In this document: one piece after another, positions 35,644 to 47,201 of the stretch
How positions within the stretch are numbered: the stretch's first letter is position 1
How the letters are laid out: each line of letters opens with the position of its first letter
DNA from: Candidatus Eiseniibacteriota bacterium
GTDB lineage: Bacteria > Eisenbacteria > RBG-16-71-46 > SZUA-252
DNA length: 64,000 bases
Assembly (NCBI GenBank): GCA_005893305.1
Contig: VBOZ01000033.1
Coordinates: 79,058 to 143,057, forward strand
Direction: 5' to 3'
Notes under the pieces: generated by a model
Told to the model about the DNA's origin: nothing
The model's input: only the letters and a program-made list of their open reading frames with translations
The model's database searches: none
Translations under genes and position numbers: made by a program

Positions 35644-35937
35644 ATGAACGTGAAGCCACTGTCTGATCGCCTTCTTGTCCGCCGCCTCGAGGAAGCCGAA
35701 ACGAAGCGCGGGGGCATCATCATTCCCGACACCGCCAAGGAAAAGCCGCAGCAGGCCGAGGTCGTGGCGGTGGGACCGGGTCGCTTTGAAGACGGAAAGC
35801 GGATCCCGCTCGACGTGAAGAAGGGCGACAAGATCCTGATGGGCAAGTACTCCGGGACCGAGGTCAAGATCGACGGGACCGAGTATCTCATTATGCGTGA
35901 GGACGACGTCCTCGCCATCGTCGCCGACGCGAAGTAA
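35644..35937 (+). CDS. groES: Co-chaperonin GroES
   Basis: [34 protein letters not shown]. Confidence 0.99.
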   Translation: MNVKPLSDRLLVRRLEEAETKRGGIIIPDTAKEKPQQAEVVAVGPGRFEDGKRIPLDVKKGDKILMGKYSGTEVKIDGTEYLIMREDDVLAIVADAK

Positions 35938-35970
35938 CGGCCGAGACCACAACCAATCAAGGAGTGATAA

Positions 35971-37611
<1,641 letters not shown>

Positions 37612-37642
37612 ACCTTCGCTCCAGGCGAGGGTGAAGTGAAAT

Positions 37643-37670
37643 GGGGGCGGGATCGCGAGATCCCGCCCCC
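37643..37670 (+). terminator. Terminator-like hairpin after groEL
   Basis: Perfect 12-bp stem GGGGGCGGGATC/GATCCCGCCCCC with GCGA loop between convergent genes; weak U-tract. Confidence 0.7.
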
Positions 37671-37741
37671 TTCGTATCTCGCGCCCTGCGACGCGGCGGA
37701 TTTCGGGAGCGAGGCCGGACGAAGGCGGGATAACCGAACCT

Positions 37742-38836
37742 TCAGCGCGCGCGCAGCTCGATGTGATGGGCTTTCCGGCCGCCGCGCGCCGTGCGGTCGA
37801 CGATCCTGCCGCGATCGACGAGCTGACGGGCGGCGTCGACCGCGCGCCCCGCCAGCTCCATCGCCCCCGTCCGCAGCTCCTCGCTCCTCATCACGTACTC
37901 CACGTTCTTCTCCATGTCCTCGGCCGACCAGCCGCGCGAGTGCGCGACGAAGGGGAACTGGGGGAAATAGAATCCGAGCTCCGAGAAGAAGAGGAGCAGG
38001 TGCCCCGCGACCGCCTGCACGTTGTCCTGCCCGCCCGTGACGATGAACGCGGCCACCTTGTTCCGGATCAGGACGCGATCCTTGATGGTGATCTGGTTCT
38101 GCACGCAGTTGAGCCGCTCCGCCATCTTGAAAAAGAGAGAAGAGGCAGCGCCCCAGCGGATCGGCGTCGCCACCAGCGCGACGTCGCTCCAGTGGACGAG
38201 CGCCTCGTAGACCTCGGCCATCTCGTCGGCGTCGTCCATCTCGGTGATGGAGCAGGGCCACGTGCAGGCGTGCGCGTTCTTGGAGTAGTAGCCCTCGCAG
38301 GCTCGGAACTTGAGATCGCGGAGCCGGATGATCCGCGTCTCGCAGGCGAGCGTGGTCCGCGAGTGCTCGAGCGCGACCTCGAGGAGCGCTTCCGAGGTCG
38401 AATAGCGAGGATTCCCCGGGTCCATGTTGGTCGTCGAGATGCCCACCACGCGGATCGGCCCTTCCTTCCGGACCGGGGTTCGCGCGAGCGGATGTGGGGC
38501 GTGAGGCTTTTTTCTTCGGGGCGTGATCGGCTCGGCGGTCACGTAGAGATGGCCGTGCTCCACCTTCACGTCGTGCCGCGGCACCTTGTCGTCCTCGAAA
38601 CCGGGCTCCCCCTCCCCCGTCAGGCGGTGGAACTTGTAGCCGTGCCACGGACACTGGATGAATTCGCCGTCCAGGCGCCCCTGCCCCAAGGGTCCGCCGG
38701 CGTGGTTGCAGACGCCCGAGACCGCGCCGAACGCGCCGTCCTTCCAGGTGACCGCGAGGAGCGTTCGGCCCGCGCGCGCTTCGGTCACCGCCGTCTTCTG
38801 GAGCTCCTCGATGGGACCCAGGTCATGCCACTGCAT
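37742..38836 (-). CDS. Rieske [2Fe-2S] ferredoxin fused to flavodoxin-like / NAD(P)H-dependent FMN reductase domain
   Basis: CNHAGGPL and CPWHG; STSEAL, CEGYYS...CTWPC, ATPIRWG. Confidence 0.87.
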   Translation of the reverse strand: MQWHDLGPIEELQKTAVTEARAGRTLLAVTWKDGAFGAVSGVCNHAGGPLGQGRLDGEFIQCPWHGYKFHRLTGEGEPGFEDDKVPRHDVKVEHGHLYVTAEPITPRRKKPHAPHPLARTPVRKEGPIRVVGISTTNMDPGNPRYSTSEALLEVALEHSRTTLACETRIIRLRDLKFRACEGYYSKNAHACTWPCSITEMDDADEMAEVYEALVHWSDVALVATPIRWGAASSLFFKMAERLNCVQNQITIKDRVLIRNKVAAFIVTGGQDNVQAVAGHLLLFFSELGFYFPQFPFVAHSRGWSAEDMEKNVEYVMRSEELRTGAMELAGRAVDAARQLVDRGRIVDRTARGGRKAHHIELRAR

Positions 38837-39731
38837 GAAATGCCTCCTCCACCATGTCGGCGTGGATTCCTACCGTGTCCTCGACGCGGCGCGCGTAGCC
38901 TCCGGCCAGGAAGCAGACGACGGGGATCGATTCCTTCATTGCCGCACCAAAGACCAGCCGGTCCCGCTTGCGCATGTCCTCGCGCGTGAGCCGGAGCCGC
39001 CCCAGCTGATCCTCCTCGAACGGGTCGGCCCCCGCGACGTAGGCGACGAGCTCGGGCCGGTGCTGGGCCAGGATCTTCGGCACCCAGTGATCGAGCGCGG
39101 CCAGGTACGTCGCGCCGTCGACGCCGGCGTCGAGACCGATGTCCTGGTCGCTCGGCGGCTTCACGGCCGGATAGTTGTCCTCTTCATGGATCGAGAACGT
39201 GAATACCGAGGGGTCGTGGCGGAAGATCGCCGCGGTCCCGTTCCCCTGATGCACGTCGACGTCGATGACCGCGGCGCGCCGGATCCGCTTCTCGTGCTGC
39301 AGGTCGCGAATCGCGATCGCGATGTCATTGAAGACGCAAAAACCTTCTCCGTGGTCGGGGAACGCGTGATGAAAACCGCCGGCAAGGTTGATTCCGATCT
39401 TCCGCTCCAGCGCCAGGCGAGCGGCTTGGATGCTCCCTCCCGCGCAGAGGAACGACGCCTCGACGAGCGACTCCGAATAGGGGAGCTCCAGCACCATCTC
39501 CTCGAGCACCGAGAGGTTCCCGGAAACCATCTTGTCGACATAGGCACGGTCGTGCACGCGGAGCACCTGGTCCATGCTGGCCCGCTTTGGCACGACGATC
39601 TCCTCGTCGCGCAGAAGGCCCCGCCGCACGATCTCTTCCCGGGTCAGCTGGAACTTCCGCATCGGAAAGACATGAAGGCCGATCTCGGCGAAGTACGCGT
39701 TCGAGTGGACGATGCCGGGGCGGGTACTCAT
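38823..39731 (-). CDS. Histone deacetylase family amidohydrolase
   Basis: HVFPMRKF, GGFHHA, GFCVFND, DVDVHQGNGT, AGAD, AGGY. Confidence 0.93.
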   Translation of the reverse strand: MSTRPGIVHSNAYFAEIGLHVFPMRKFQLTREEIVRRGLLRDEEIVVPKRASMDQVLRVHDRAYVDKMVSGNLSVLEEMVLELPYSESLVEASFLCAGGSIQAARLALERKIGINLAGGFHHAFPDHGEGFCVFNDIAIAIRDLQHEKRIRRAAVIDVDVHQGNGTAAIFRHDPSVFTFSIHEEDNYPAVKPPSDQDIGLDAGVDGATYLAALDHWVPKILAQHRPELVAYVAGADPFEEDQLGRLRLTREDMRKRDRLVFGAAMKESIPVVCFLAGGYARRVEDTVGIHADMVEEAFHAVA

Positions 39732-40591
39732 GGCCCCACGGGTACCAGCCGTCGGAAGAGCACCACGAGCCCCGCGGTCCCGTACGCGAGCGCCAGGGTG
39801 GTGGAAACCGCCGTCCACGTCGCCGGCAGGACGGAGCGTAGGAAGCTCCACCTGGGGAGGTGGGCGAGCGCTCGGAGAATCTCCGATTCGGGGAGTACGA
39901 CCGCCACGTAGAGGAAGCCCCATAGGAAAGCGATCGAGAGGAATCGAGGCCATTCGGGGATGACGCGTCTCAGGAACAGCGCCGCGCTCAGACCGATCGA
40001 GCGCAACGGTCCTCTGTTCTCGAGCAACAGGAAGGGTGCGGCGAAGAGGACGAGGGCGTTCGTGACCGCGAGCCAGGAGCAGCACGCCACCAGCGAGCCG
40101 CGGAGCACGGCCGCTTGCAGCGTTAACAGCGTCTCGGCGTCAAGGGTGCCCCCCGTCGCGAGCACCGCCCGCACCTCACGCATGGTCAGGGTGACGAAGA
40201 GGACCGCGGGCGGGCCGAGCACGACCGCCGCCTGGACCAACCCCGATATCGCGAGGGGGCCTGTTCTCCGGAAGACGACCTGCGCTGCCGTTCGCTCGTT
40301 CGCCGGCTCCCCGAGCTCGAGGGAATCTTGGAGCGGGATGAGGAGGAGGAAACCGATGCTCAGCAGGGAGAACACGACGGCCGTCAGAAGCATCGAGGTC
40401 AGCCCCGGGATCGGCCCGGCAGCTTCGGTGAGCGGTACGGGACCGCGGAAGAATTCCTCCGCCAGGCCGGCCCGCACGAAGCTGACGATCGCCACCGAGA
40501 GGAGAATCCCCGACGCGGGTCGGAGCGACCGGCGGCCGAGCGAGATGGCCGCGCTCAGAGCTTCGGCCGCGCGCAGGAGGGCCCCCTCCAC
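39728..40591 (-). CDS. Hypothetical polytopic membrane protein (paralog of adjacent gene)
   Basis: About 6 TM helices; PLQDSLELGEP; co-oriented in an operon. Confidence 0.7.
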   Translation of the reverse strand: MEGALLRAAEALSAAISLGRRSLRPASGILLSVAIVSFVRAGLAEEFFRGPVPLTEAAGPIPGLTSMLLTAVVFSLLSIGFLLLIPLQDSLELGEPANERTAAQVVFRRTGPLAISGLVQAAVVLGPPAVLFVTLTMREVRAVLATGGTLDAETLLTLQAAVLRGSLVACCSWLAVTNALVLFAAPFLLLENRGPLRSIGLSAALFLRRVIPEWPRFLSIAFLWGFLYVAVVLPESEILRALAHLPRWSFLRSVLPATWTAVSTTLALAYGTAGLVVLFRRLVPVGP

Positions 40592-40597
40592 GCCGAT

Positions 40598-41533
40598 CTA
40601 CTCGAAGCGGTAGGGGTTCGCGGCCGGGCGACCTTCCGGCTCGCCGGACGCGTCCGGGTCCGCCACACCCGTGCGCGCCGGGACGGCGGCGCGATAGAGC
40701 ACCATCAGCGCGGCCACCGAGAAGGGGAACAGAAACGCCGACACCGCCGCCTCCCAGATCGCGCCCGCGATCTTGAAAGCGGGGTGATCGACCGAGGCCG
40801 CGGCGCTCACTGCATCCAAGATCCCCGCCGGCAGCGATCCGGCCACGCCCGCGATCACGAGGAGCAGGAGCGCGACGAGGAGCCTGCCCAGGATGCCCCC
40901 GAAATGGCGCCCGACGATCCCGAAGCTCTGGCGAATGCCCGCGAACGGGCCTCGTCCGTCGAGCACCACCAGCGGGATCGTGAAGAGGAGAAAGAGCAGG
41001 ATCACGATCAAGTAGAGGAAGGACGGAGCGAGCGACGCGAGCACCAGCAAGCGGACGAGCTCCTCGGGCTTCGACGGCAGCGCGCCGAGCAGGAGCGCGG
41101 CGCCGGTGAAGAAGAGCGCGGGCGGTCCGACGACGAGAACCGCCTGCGTGATCACCGAGATGACGAGGGGCACGAGCCGCTCCAAGACCAACCGGACGGC
41201 AGCGCCGAACGACCGGGGCTCGCCCCGGAGAATCGAGTCTTGAAGAGGCAGAAACGGCGTGGTGATGAGGACGAGCATCGGAAGGTAGGCGACGATGTAC
41301 ATCGCCGCGGTCAGGACGAGCGTCCTCTCGTCGTAAACGCCGAACGGGGTCGACGAGTCGCGCGATAGGGCGAGGTAGAGCCCCATTCCGAGCCGGTAGA
41401 AATAGAGAAATCCGAGCGCGGGGAGGCCACGGCGCAGCGAGGCGAAGCCCAGCGCGATTACCGCGCGCAGGTAGGTGTCGATGGGTGGGAGCGAGGAGCG
41501 GCCCGCAGGGGCCGCCGTTCCCTGGAGGACCAT
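40598..41533 (-). CDS. Hypothetical polytopic membrane protein (resembles GPDPase membrane-domain family)
   Basis: About 6 TM helices; PLQDSILRGEP, PLVVLDGRGPFAGIRQS. Confidence 0.75.
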   Translation of the reverse strand: MVLQGTAAPAGRSSLPPIDTYLRAVIALGFASLRRGLPALGFLYFYRLGMGLYLALSRDSSTPFGVYDERTLVLTAAMYIVAYLPMLVLITTPFLPLQDSILRGEPRSFGAAVRLVLERLVPLVISVITQAVLVVGPPALFFTGAALLLGALPSKPEELVRLLVLASLAPSFLYLIVILLFLLFTIPLVVLDGRGPFAGIRQSFGIVGRHFGGILGRLLVALLLLVIAGVAGSLPAGILDAVSAAASVDHPAFKIAGAIWEAAVSAFLFPFSVAALMVLYRAAVPARTGVADPDASGEPEGRPAANPYRFE

Positions 41534-41598
41534 GGCGGCGGATTGTACTCCCCGGCGGGTTGGTCCCCAAGGGGAGTTAGGGTAGAGTCGCGGGCGCC

Positions 41599-44502
41599 AT
41601 GAACCCCGACACGCTCTCACTAGAGTCCCGCGAGGACCTCGAGCTCGATTCCGAGCAGCGCGCCGCCGTCGAGCACGGAGGCGGACCCCTCCTGATCGTG
41701 GCCGGCGCCGGGACCGGGAAAACCATGGTGATCGCGCGCCGGATCGCCCGCCTGATCGAGACCAAGAGGGCCCGCCCGTCGCAGATCCTGGCCCTCGCGT
41801 TCAACGACAAAGCGGTCGCCGAGATGCAGGAACGGGTCGACCTCCTCGTCCCCTACGGCCACGCCGACGTGACGATTCGCACCTTCCACTCCTTCGGAGA
41901 GGAGGTGCTGGCCGGGCACGGGCTGGAGATCGGGATCGCGCCCGGATTCACCGTCCTCGACAAGACGGCGCAGGCGCTTTTCCTGGCCGAGCGGCTCGAG
42001 GAGCTCGGCCTGTCCCACTACGCGCCACTCTCGGACCCGACCAAATATCTGGCTGAGCTCGCGACCTACTTCGGCCGCGCGAAGGACGAGCCGCTCTGGC
42101 CCGACGAGCTGAGGCGCGCCGCAGATGCGATGGAACCGGACGAGCGGGACCGCGCGCTCGAGCTGGCCGAGGCGTACGAACGGTACAACCGGCTGCTCTG
42201 GAAGGGTGGGTTCCTGGACTTCGGCGATCTGCTCGCGCTCACGCTCCGGGTTTTCGACGAAAGCCCCGGCACCCTCCGCCGGTTTCAGGGGCGCTTCCTA
42301 CACGTTCTGGTCGACGAGTTCCAGGACACGAACCCGGTCCAATTCAGGATCGTGTCTCGCCTCACGGCGACCCATCGGAACCTCGTCGTCGTGGGCGACG
42401 ACGACCAGTCGATCTATCGATTCCGGGGCGCGCACTTGAAAAACATCCTCGAGTTCCGCGAGCGCTTTCCCGACACGGCCGAGATCGTGCTGCGACGGAA
42501 TTACCGGAGCACGCGGCAGATCCTCGAGCTCTCCCGCCGGCTCATCCAGGTGAACCAGGAACGCCTCGAGACGCGATACGGCATCGTGAAGGATCTGACG
42601 ACCGAGAAAACTGGGCCCGCGCCGCGGTATCGCGAGTTCGCAAGCGAGAGCGAGGAGGCCGAATGGGTCGCGGGCGAGATCGCGTCGGCGGTCGGGGAGG
42701 GCCGGCGGCGGTGGCGGGATTTTGCCATCCTCGTGCGCACGAACTTGCACGCGGAGCCGTTTCTGAGGGCCCTCGACGAGCGCGGCGCGCCCTACTACTT
42801 CTCGGGAAGCCGCGGTCTCTTCCAGCGCCCCGAGGTGAAGGAGCTGGTCGCGCTCCTCCATTCGATCTTCCAGGAGACCCGGCCGGAGTACCTCTATCTC
42901 CTCGCCTCGGAAGGGTACGCGGTGCCGGAGGACGACCTCTCTCGCCTCATGCACCGGCTGCGCGTCGAGCCGGGGAGCTTCCGCAGCCTCCTCGAGCGCG
43001 CGTCCCGCGGCGCCGCTGTGGTCCCGATCTCGGAGGAAGGACGCGAGCGGCTTCAGCGGATGATCGAGGATCTCCGGATGCTCCAAGAGTTCGCGCGCGG
43101 GAGGCGAACCGGAGAGGTCCTCTATCGATACCTCGAACGCCGCGGAGTCCTGCGCGACCTGGTCGCCTCGGAGCGCTTCGAGGACGAGGCCCGCGCCCGG
43201 AACATCGTCAAATTTTTCTCGATCGTCCGATCGTTCGAGAAGGTGGCCCTCTCAGACCGGGTCGCCCTGTTCCTGCGCCATCTCGATGCGATCCAGGAGT
43301 ACGGGGAGGACCCCGCCGTGGCGGAAATTGATGCCGCGTCGGACGTCGTCCAGGTGCTCACGATCCACAAGGCGAAGGGCCTCGAATTCCCCGCGGTCTA
43401 CCTCGTGCAGCTCGCGGCCGACCGGTTTCCGACCCGATACCGGAGCCAGGCGCTCGCCCTCCCCACCGAGCGCTCGCCCGAGGACGGATCGGAGAGCGCG
43501 TCGCATCGCGAGGAAGAGCGGCGGCTCTGCTACGTCGCGCTCACCCGGGCCCGCGAGGAAGTAACGATGACCTACGCGCGCGACTACGGCGGGATAAGCG
43601 ACCGCGAGCGAAAGCCGAGTCTCTTCCTGCTCGAAGCCTTCGATCTCGGGAAGCCGGTTCCGTCCCGGCGTCGCCGTCGCGCGCTGGAGGAATTGGAGGA
43701 GCACCGGCCCGTGGACGGCGAGGGCGCGCCGCCGCCCGGCCCGCCCACGCCGCGGGAGCCGCTCCAGCTCAGCTTCCGCCGACTCGAGGATTACGAGACC
43801 TGCCCGCTCAAGTACCGCTTCCTGCACGAGATCTCCGTGGAGCCGATCCTGACCAGCGACCACCGCGTGAACTTTGGGAATGCGATCCACCAGGCGGTTG
43901 CGTTCGCGCTGGGACAGCGGATGCGCGGGGAGGTCCCGACCGCCGACCAGATGGTCGATGTGCTACGGCGGGCGTGGCGGAGCGAGGGCTACCGGTCGGA
44001 GGAGCACGAGCGGCGGAGGTTCGAGCAGGGGGAGGAGGCGCTCCGCGCGTTTCTCGCGAGGGAGATCGCTTCGGGGCCGCCGCCCACGGACGTGGAGCGG
44101 CACTTTCGCGTGAAGCTGGACGACGTCATTGTGACCGGGAGCATCGATCGCGTGGAAGAGGGTCCCGACGGGGTCGTCCTGATCGATTACAAGACCTCCG
44201 AGATCGACGACCCGGAGAAGGCCGACGAGAAGGCGAAGGAAAGCCTCCAGCTACACGTCTACGCGCTGGCTTACAGGGAGATGACTGGCCAAACGCCGGT
44301 CCGTCTCGAGCTGCGGTACGTGCTTACCGGGGAGGTTGGAAGCACCGTTCCGACGGAGGATCGCCTGGAGAGGACTCGAGGTCGAATCGCGGCGATCGCC
44401 GATTCGATCCGGGCGGGGAAATTTGAAGCGCGGCCGAGCGAGCGGACCTGCTCGATCTGTGCCTGCCGGCCGATCTGCAAAGACTCGGCCGTGCCGATCT
44501 AG
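41599..44502 (+). CDS. UvrD-like SF1A helicase fused to PD-(D/E)XK nuclease (AdnA/B or AddA-like)
   Basis: AGAGTGKT, VDEFQD, GDDDQSIYRFRGA, NYRS, TIHKAKGLEF, YVALTRA; CPLKY, GSIDRV, IDYKT, CSICACRPIC. Confidence 0.93.
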   Translation: MNPDTLSLESREDLELDSEQRAAVEHGGGPLLIVAGAGTGKTMVIARRIARLIETKRARPSQILALAFNDKAVAEMQERVDLLVPYGHADVTIRTFHSFGEEVLAGHGLEIGIAPGFTVLDKTAQALFLAERLEELGLSHYAPLSDPTKYLAELATYFGRAKDEPLWPDELRRAADAMEPDERDRALELAEAYERYNRLLWKGGFLDFGDLLALTLRVFDESPGTLRRFQGRFLHVLVDEFQDTNPVQFRIVSRLTATHRNLVVVGDDDQSIYRFRGAHLKNILEFRERFPDTAEIVLRRNYRSTRQILELSRRLIQVNQERLETRYGIVKDLTTEKTGPAPRYREFASESEEAEWVAGEIASAVGEGRRRWRDFAILVRTNLHAEPFLRALDERGAPYYFSGSRGLFQRPEVKELVALLHSIFQETRPEYLYLLASEGYAVPEDDLSRLMHRLRVEPGSFRSLLERASRGAAVVPISEEGRERLQRMIEDLRMLQEFARGRRTGEVLYRYLERRGVLRDLVASERFEDEARARNIVKFFSIVRSFEKVALSDRVALFLRHLDAIQEYGEDPAVAEIDAASDVVQVLTIHKAKGLEFPAVYLVQLAADRFPTRYRSQALALPTERSPEDGSESASHREEERRLCYVALTRAREEVTMTYARDYGGISDRERKPSLFLLEAFDLGKPVPSRRRRRALEELEEHRPVDGEGAPPPGPPTPREPLQLSFRRLEDYETCPLKYRFLHEISVEPILTSDHRVNFGNAIHQAVAFALGQRMRGEVPTADQMVDVLRRAWRSEGYRSEEHERRRFEQGEEALRAFLAREIASGPPPTDVERHFRVKLDDVIVTGSIDRVEEGPDGVVLIDYKTSEIDDPEKADEKAKESLQLHVYALAYREMTGQTPVRLELRYVLTGEVGSTVPTEDRLERTRGRIAAIADSIRAGKFEARPSERTCSICACRPICKDSAVPI

Positions 44503-44623
44503 GCGGCCGTGAAGCCCCTTCGAGTCTAAACGACAATTTGATATCGTTATGGCCCAATCCCCCCCAGCCCCCTGCCGCCGCGTGCGAGAAGGCACAGCCC
44601 GGAACGCAACTCGTGGGACGTAG

Positions 44624-45826
44624 ATGATTCGCGCCATAATCACTTTGTGCCACTTGGGTACCGGAGTTGCTCTCCTCACGTCATTGTTGGCTAGCAGCGC
44701 CTCGGCATCACAGGCGACGTCGAAGCAATCGCTGGCGACTGCGGCAGAACCCTGGGCGATCTATTTCCCGACTGGTGTTTCGGACGTATCCGATGGAATT
44801 CGTTTCGACCTACCCGACTCCCTCAATTCGTTTGCGGTTGCTCGAAGGACACCATACCTGCTGCGACCGAGCAACCCTCCGGGAAAGCCCATGCCGCTGA
44901 AGGGGTGGATGACAGGTGGTTGGGGGTCTCGACCGCCTCGCGCATCTCATCGCCTGGGAATGTTCACCGTCGAGGGCGACAGTTGTTGGCAAGAAGTCTT
45001 CCCTTGGCCATGGACTCAAACGTGCGGCGCACAGTCCGCTCGCTTGGACAGCCTAGAAGAGCACCCGTGCGTCCCGTGCGTTGCGCTCTACGACACCTCA
45101 GGAAATTGTCGCGCGACATTCGTCGGTGCACGCGACCCCGCTTGGTCGCCCGACGGCACCCGACTCGCGTTCCGGACCGTTCGGAACGCAACGGTCTTCG
45201 CCGAAGGCGGTCTGAGAGAATTCCCAGAATCGCCTGAGAGTGTTGTCGTATTCACGCCCTCGACCGGCCTCCACAAGGCTTATCCCGCACCGACTGATGC
45301 CGTCTCGTGGCTGGACGACGAGGCTCTCCTTCTCGAGTTTCAGGGTCTCCGCTACGGGTTAACTCTCGAGAGTGGATACGTCGGTCGCGACCCGAATCAG
45401 AAGCACGTGTTCATGGCGGGCGCCGTGTCTCCCGATGGGAACTACGTCGTCCAGACCGGTCACTGGGGAGACGGAATCTGGGATTTCCAATCGTCGAGGG
45501 CCGGAATCTGGGATGTCCATGGCAAGAAGGACTACTTGCCGGACATCGCGCGAATCGTGGATGCGAGATACGCTAGGCTCTCGCAGAATTCTTTTTGGCT
45601 TCGCGGGAAGGACTACCCCCACCACCTATGCATCGGGGTGGGCCGTCTCACGGTGGGCCCGCAGCACAACATGATCGCCAGGTACCGAGACTGCGAGACG
45701 CTGGTCATCGACGTCGAGAAGCTCATCGTGATCCGGCGGATCGGCGGGGCATTTATCGGGCCGACGGTCGGCGAGCAACACGTCTTGGTGTGGCAGGAAG
45801 GTCGGCTGAAATACTTTCGGCTTTAA
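44624..45826 (+). CDS. Exported hypothetical protein with PD40/TolB-like repeats
   Basis: Signal peptide; DPAWSPDGTRLAF and VSPDGNYV; lower GC than neighbours. Confidence 0.7.
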   Translation: MIRAIITLCHLGTGVALLTSLLASSASASQATSKQSLATAAEPWAIYFPTGVSDVSDGIRFDLPDSLNSFAVARRTPYLLRPSNPPGKPMPLKGWMTGGWGSRPPRASHRLGMFTVEGDSCWQEVFPWPWTQTCGAQSARLDSLEEHPCVPCVALYDTSGNCRATFVGARDPAWSPDGTRLAFRTVRNATVFAEGGLREFPESPESVVVFTPSTGLHKAYPAPTDAVSWLDDEALLLEFQGLRYGLTLESGYVGRDPNQKHVFMAGAVSPDGNYVVQTGHWGDGIWDFQSSRAGIWDVHGKKDYLPDIARIVDARYARLSQNSFWLRGKDYPHHLCIGVGRLTVGPQHNMIARYRDCETLVIDVEKLIVIRRIGGAFIGPTVGEQHVLVWQEGRLKYFRL

Positions 45827-45862
45827 GGGCCGGAAATGGGCCTCAAAGCGCGCGGTTGGTCT

Positions 45863-46195
45863 TTAGGCGGCTAGCACCGTGTCCAAAAGCGACGTGATCT
45901 GGTGCTTGGGGACGGCGCCCACGATCTGCTCGACGAGCTTGCCGTTCTTGAAGATATAGAGGCTGGGGATGCTCTGGATCCGGTACTGCGAGGCGATCCG
46001 CTGGTTGGCATCCACGTCGACCTTCGCCACCTTGATCTTCCCCTGGTACTGCCGGGCGACCTCTTCGACGACCGGGGCGACCATGCGACAGGGGCCGCAC
46101 CATTCCGCCCAGAAGTCCACCAGGACCGGAATGTTTGACTTCAGTACTTCCGCGTCAAATGTGCTGTCGCTCACCTGAAGGACGGCGTCGGACAT
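45863..46195 (-). CDS. trxA: Thioredoxin
   Basis: [25 protein letters not shown]. Confidence 0.96.
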   Translation of the reverse strand: MSDAVLQVSDSTFDAEVLKSNIPVLVDFWAEWCGPCRMVAPVVEEVARQYQGKIKVAKVDVDANQRIASQYRIQSIPSLYIFKNGKLVEQIVGAVPKHQITSLLDTVLAA

Positions 46196-46372
46196 GGACC
46201 ATGCTCCTTTATATCGGGTGCTCCGAGTTCGCTCGAACGAGGCGAACGATGGGGCACTCAGGTTATCCACTTTGATGCCGCCGATCAAGGCCGGATTCCG
46301 CGTCCCGACCGTCTCCGTGGGCCGCGGGAGCGGGGTCGGGGCTAGTGGATTTCTCCCGTGGCACCCGTCGCG

Positions 46373-46401
46373 TTGACAGCCCTTCCCGACCTTCCTACAC
46401 T
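46373..46401 (+). promoter_or_regulatory. Sigma-70 promoter
   Basis: TTGACA-N17-TACACT. Confidence 0.75.
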
Positions 46402-46454
46402 AAGGGGCTCGTGATCCTAAGCCTACCCCACCCCTCCACGGTCCCGGGGACTGC

Positions 46455-47201
46455 TTGATCGAGGTCCAGAAGCTCCTCAAGACATTTCACGATCGGAAGC
46501 GGGGCGAGGTCGCCGCCGTCCAGGACGTCTCCTTCGTCTGCCCGCCCGGCAAGGTCTTCGGGCTCCTGGGCCGGAACGGCGCGGGCAAAACCACGACGCT
46601 CCGCATGCTCGCCACCATTCTCGTTCCCACTTCGGGCACCGCCAAGGTCGCCGGACACGACATTCTAGAGAAGCCGGCCGAAGTGCGCCGCTCGATCGGC
46701 TACCTGTCGGGAGAGACGAAGCTCTACGATCGCTTGACCGGCCGCGAGCTCTTGACCTATTTCGGCACGCTCGCTTCGATGACCTCCTCGTCGATCGTCG
46801 CGCGGATCGAGGAGCTGCGGGGCCCGTTCGGCCTCAGCGATTTCCTCGATAAGCGTATCGGAAAAATGTCGACGGGCATGAAGCAGCGCCTGTCGATCTC
46901 CAGGGTCGTCTTCCACGATCCCCAAGTCCTCATCTTCGATGAGCCGACGGCGGGGCTCGACGTGATCGGCGCCCGAGCCGTCCTGAGCCTGATCCAGGAT
47001 CTGAAGAAGAAAGGACGGACGGTGATCTTCTCGACGCACATCATGACCGAGGCGGAGCGGATCTGCGACGAGATCGCGATCATCGAGCGCGGGCGAATCC
47101 TCGCGCAGGGGTCCGTGGAGTCGCTGCGGCAGAAATCCAATCAGAGCTCGCTCGAAGACGTCTTCGTCGAGATCGTGGGGAGCGTCGACGGTGAGCGGTA
47201 A
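46455..47201 (+). CDS. ABC exporter ATP-binding protein (NatA-like)
   Basis: GRNGAGKTT, MSTGMKQR, FDEPT, FSTH. Confidence 0.92.
   Translation: MIEVQKLLKTFHDRKRGEVAAVQDVSFVCPPGKVFGLLGRNGAGKTTTLRMLATILVPTSGTAKVAGHDILEKPAEVRRSIGYLSGETKLYDRLTGRELLTYFGTLASMTSSSIVARIEELRGPFGLSDFLDKRIGKMSTGMKQRLSISRVVFHDPQVLIFDEPTAGLDVIGARAVLSLIQDLKKKGRTVIFSTHIMTEAERICDEIAIIERGRILAQGSVESLRQKSNQSSLEDVFVEIVGSVDGER

Noticed and set aside
46211..46236. Sigma-28-like site upstream of trxA (minus strand TCGAG...CCCGATAT)
   Set aside because: Spacer 2 nt shorter than at the other sites, and the -10 abuts the RBS
46263..46271. DnaA-box-like TTATCCACT
   Set aside because: Single 8/9 match; no cluster, AT-rich unwinding element or dnaA context
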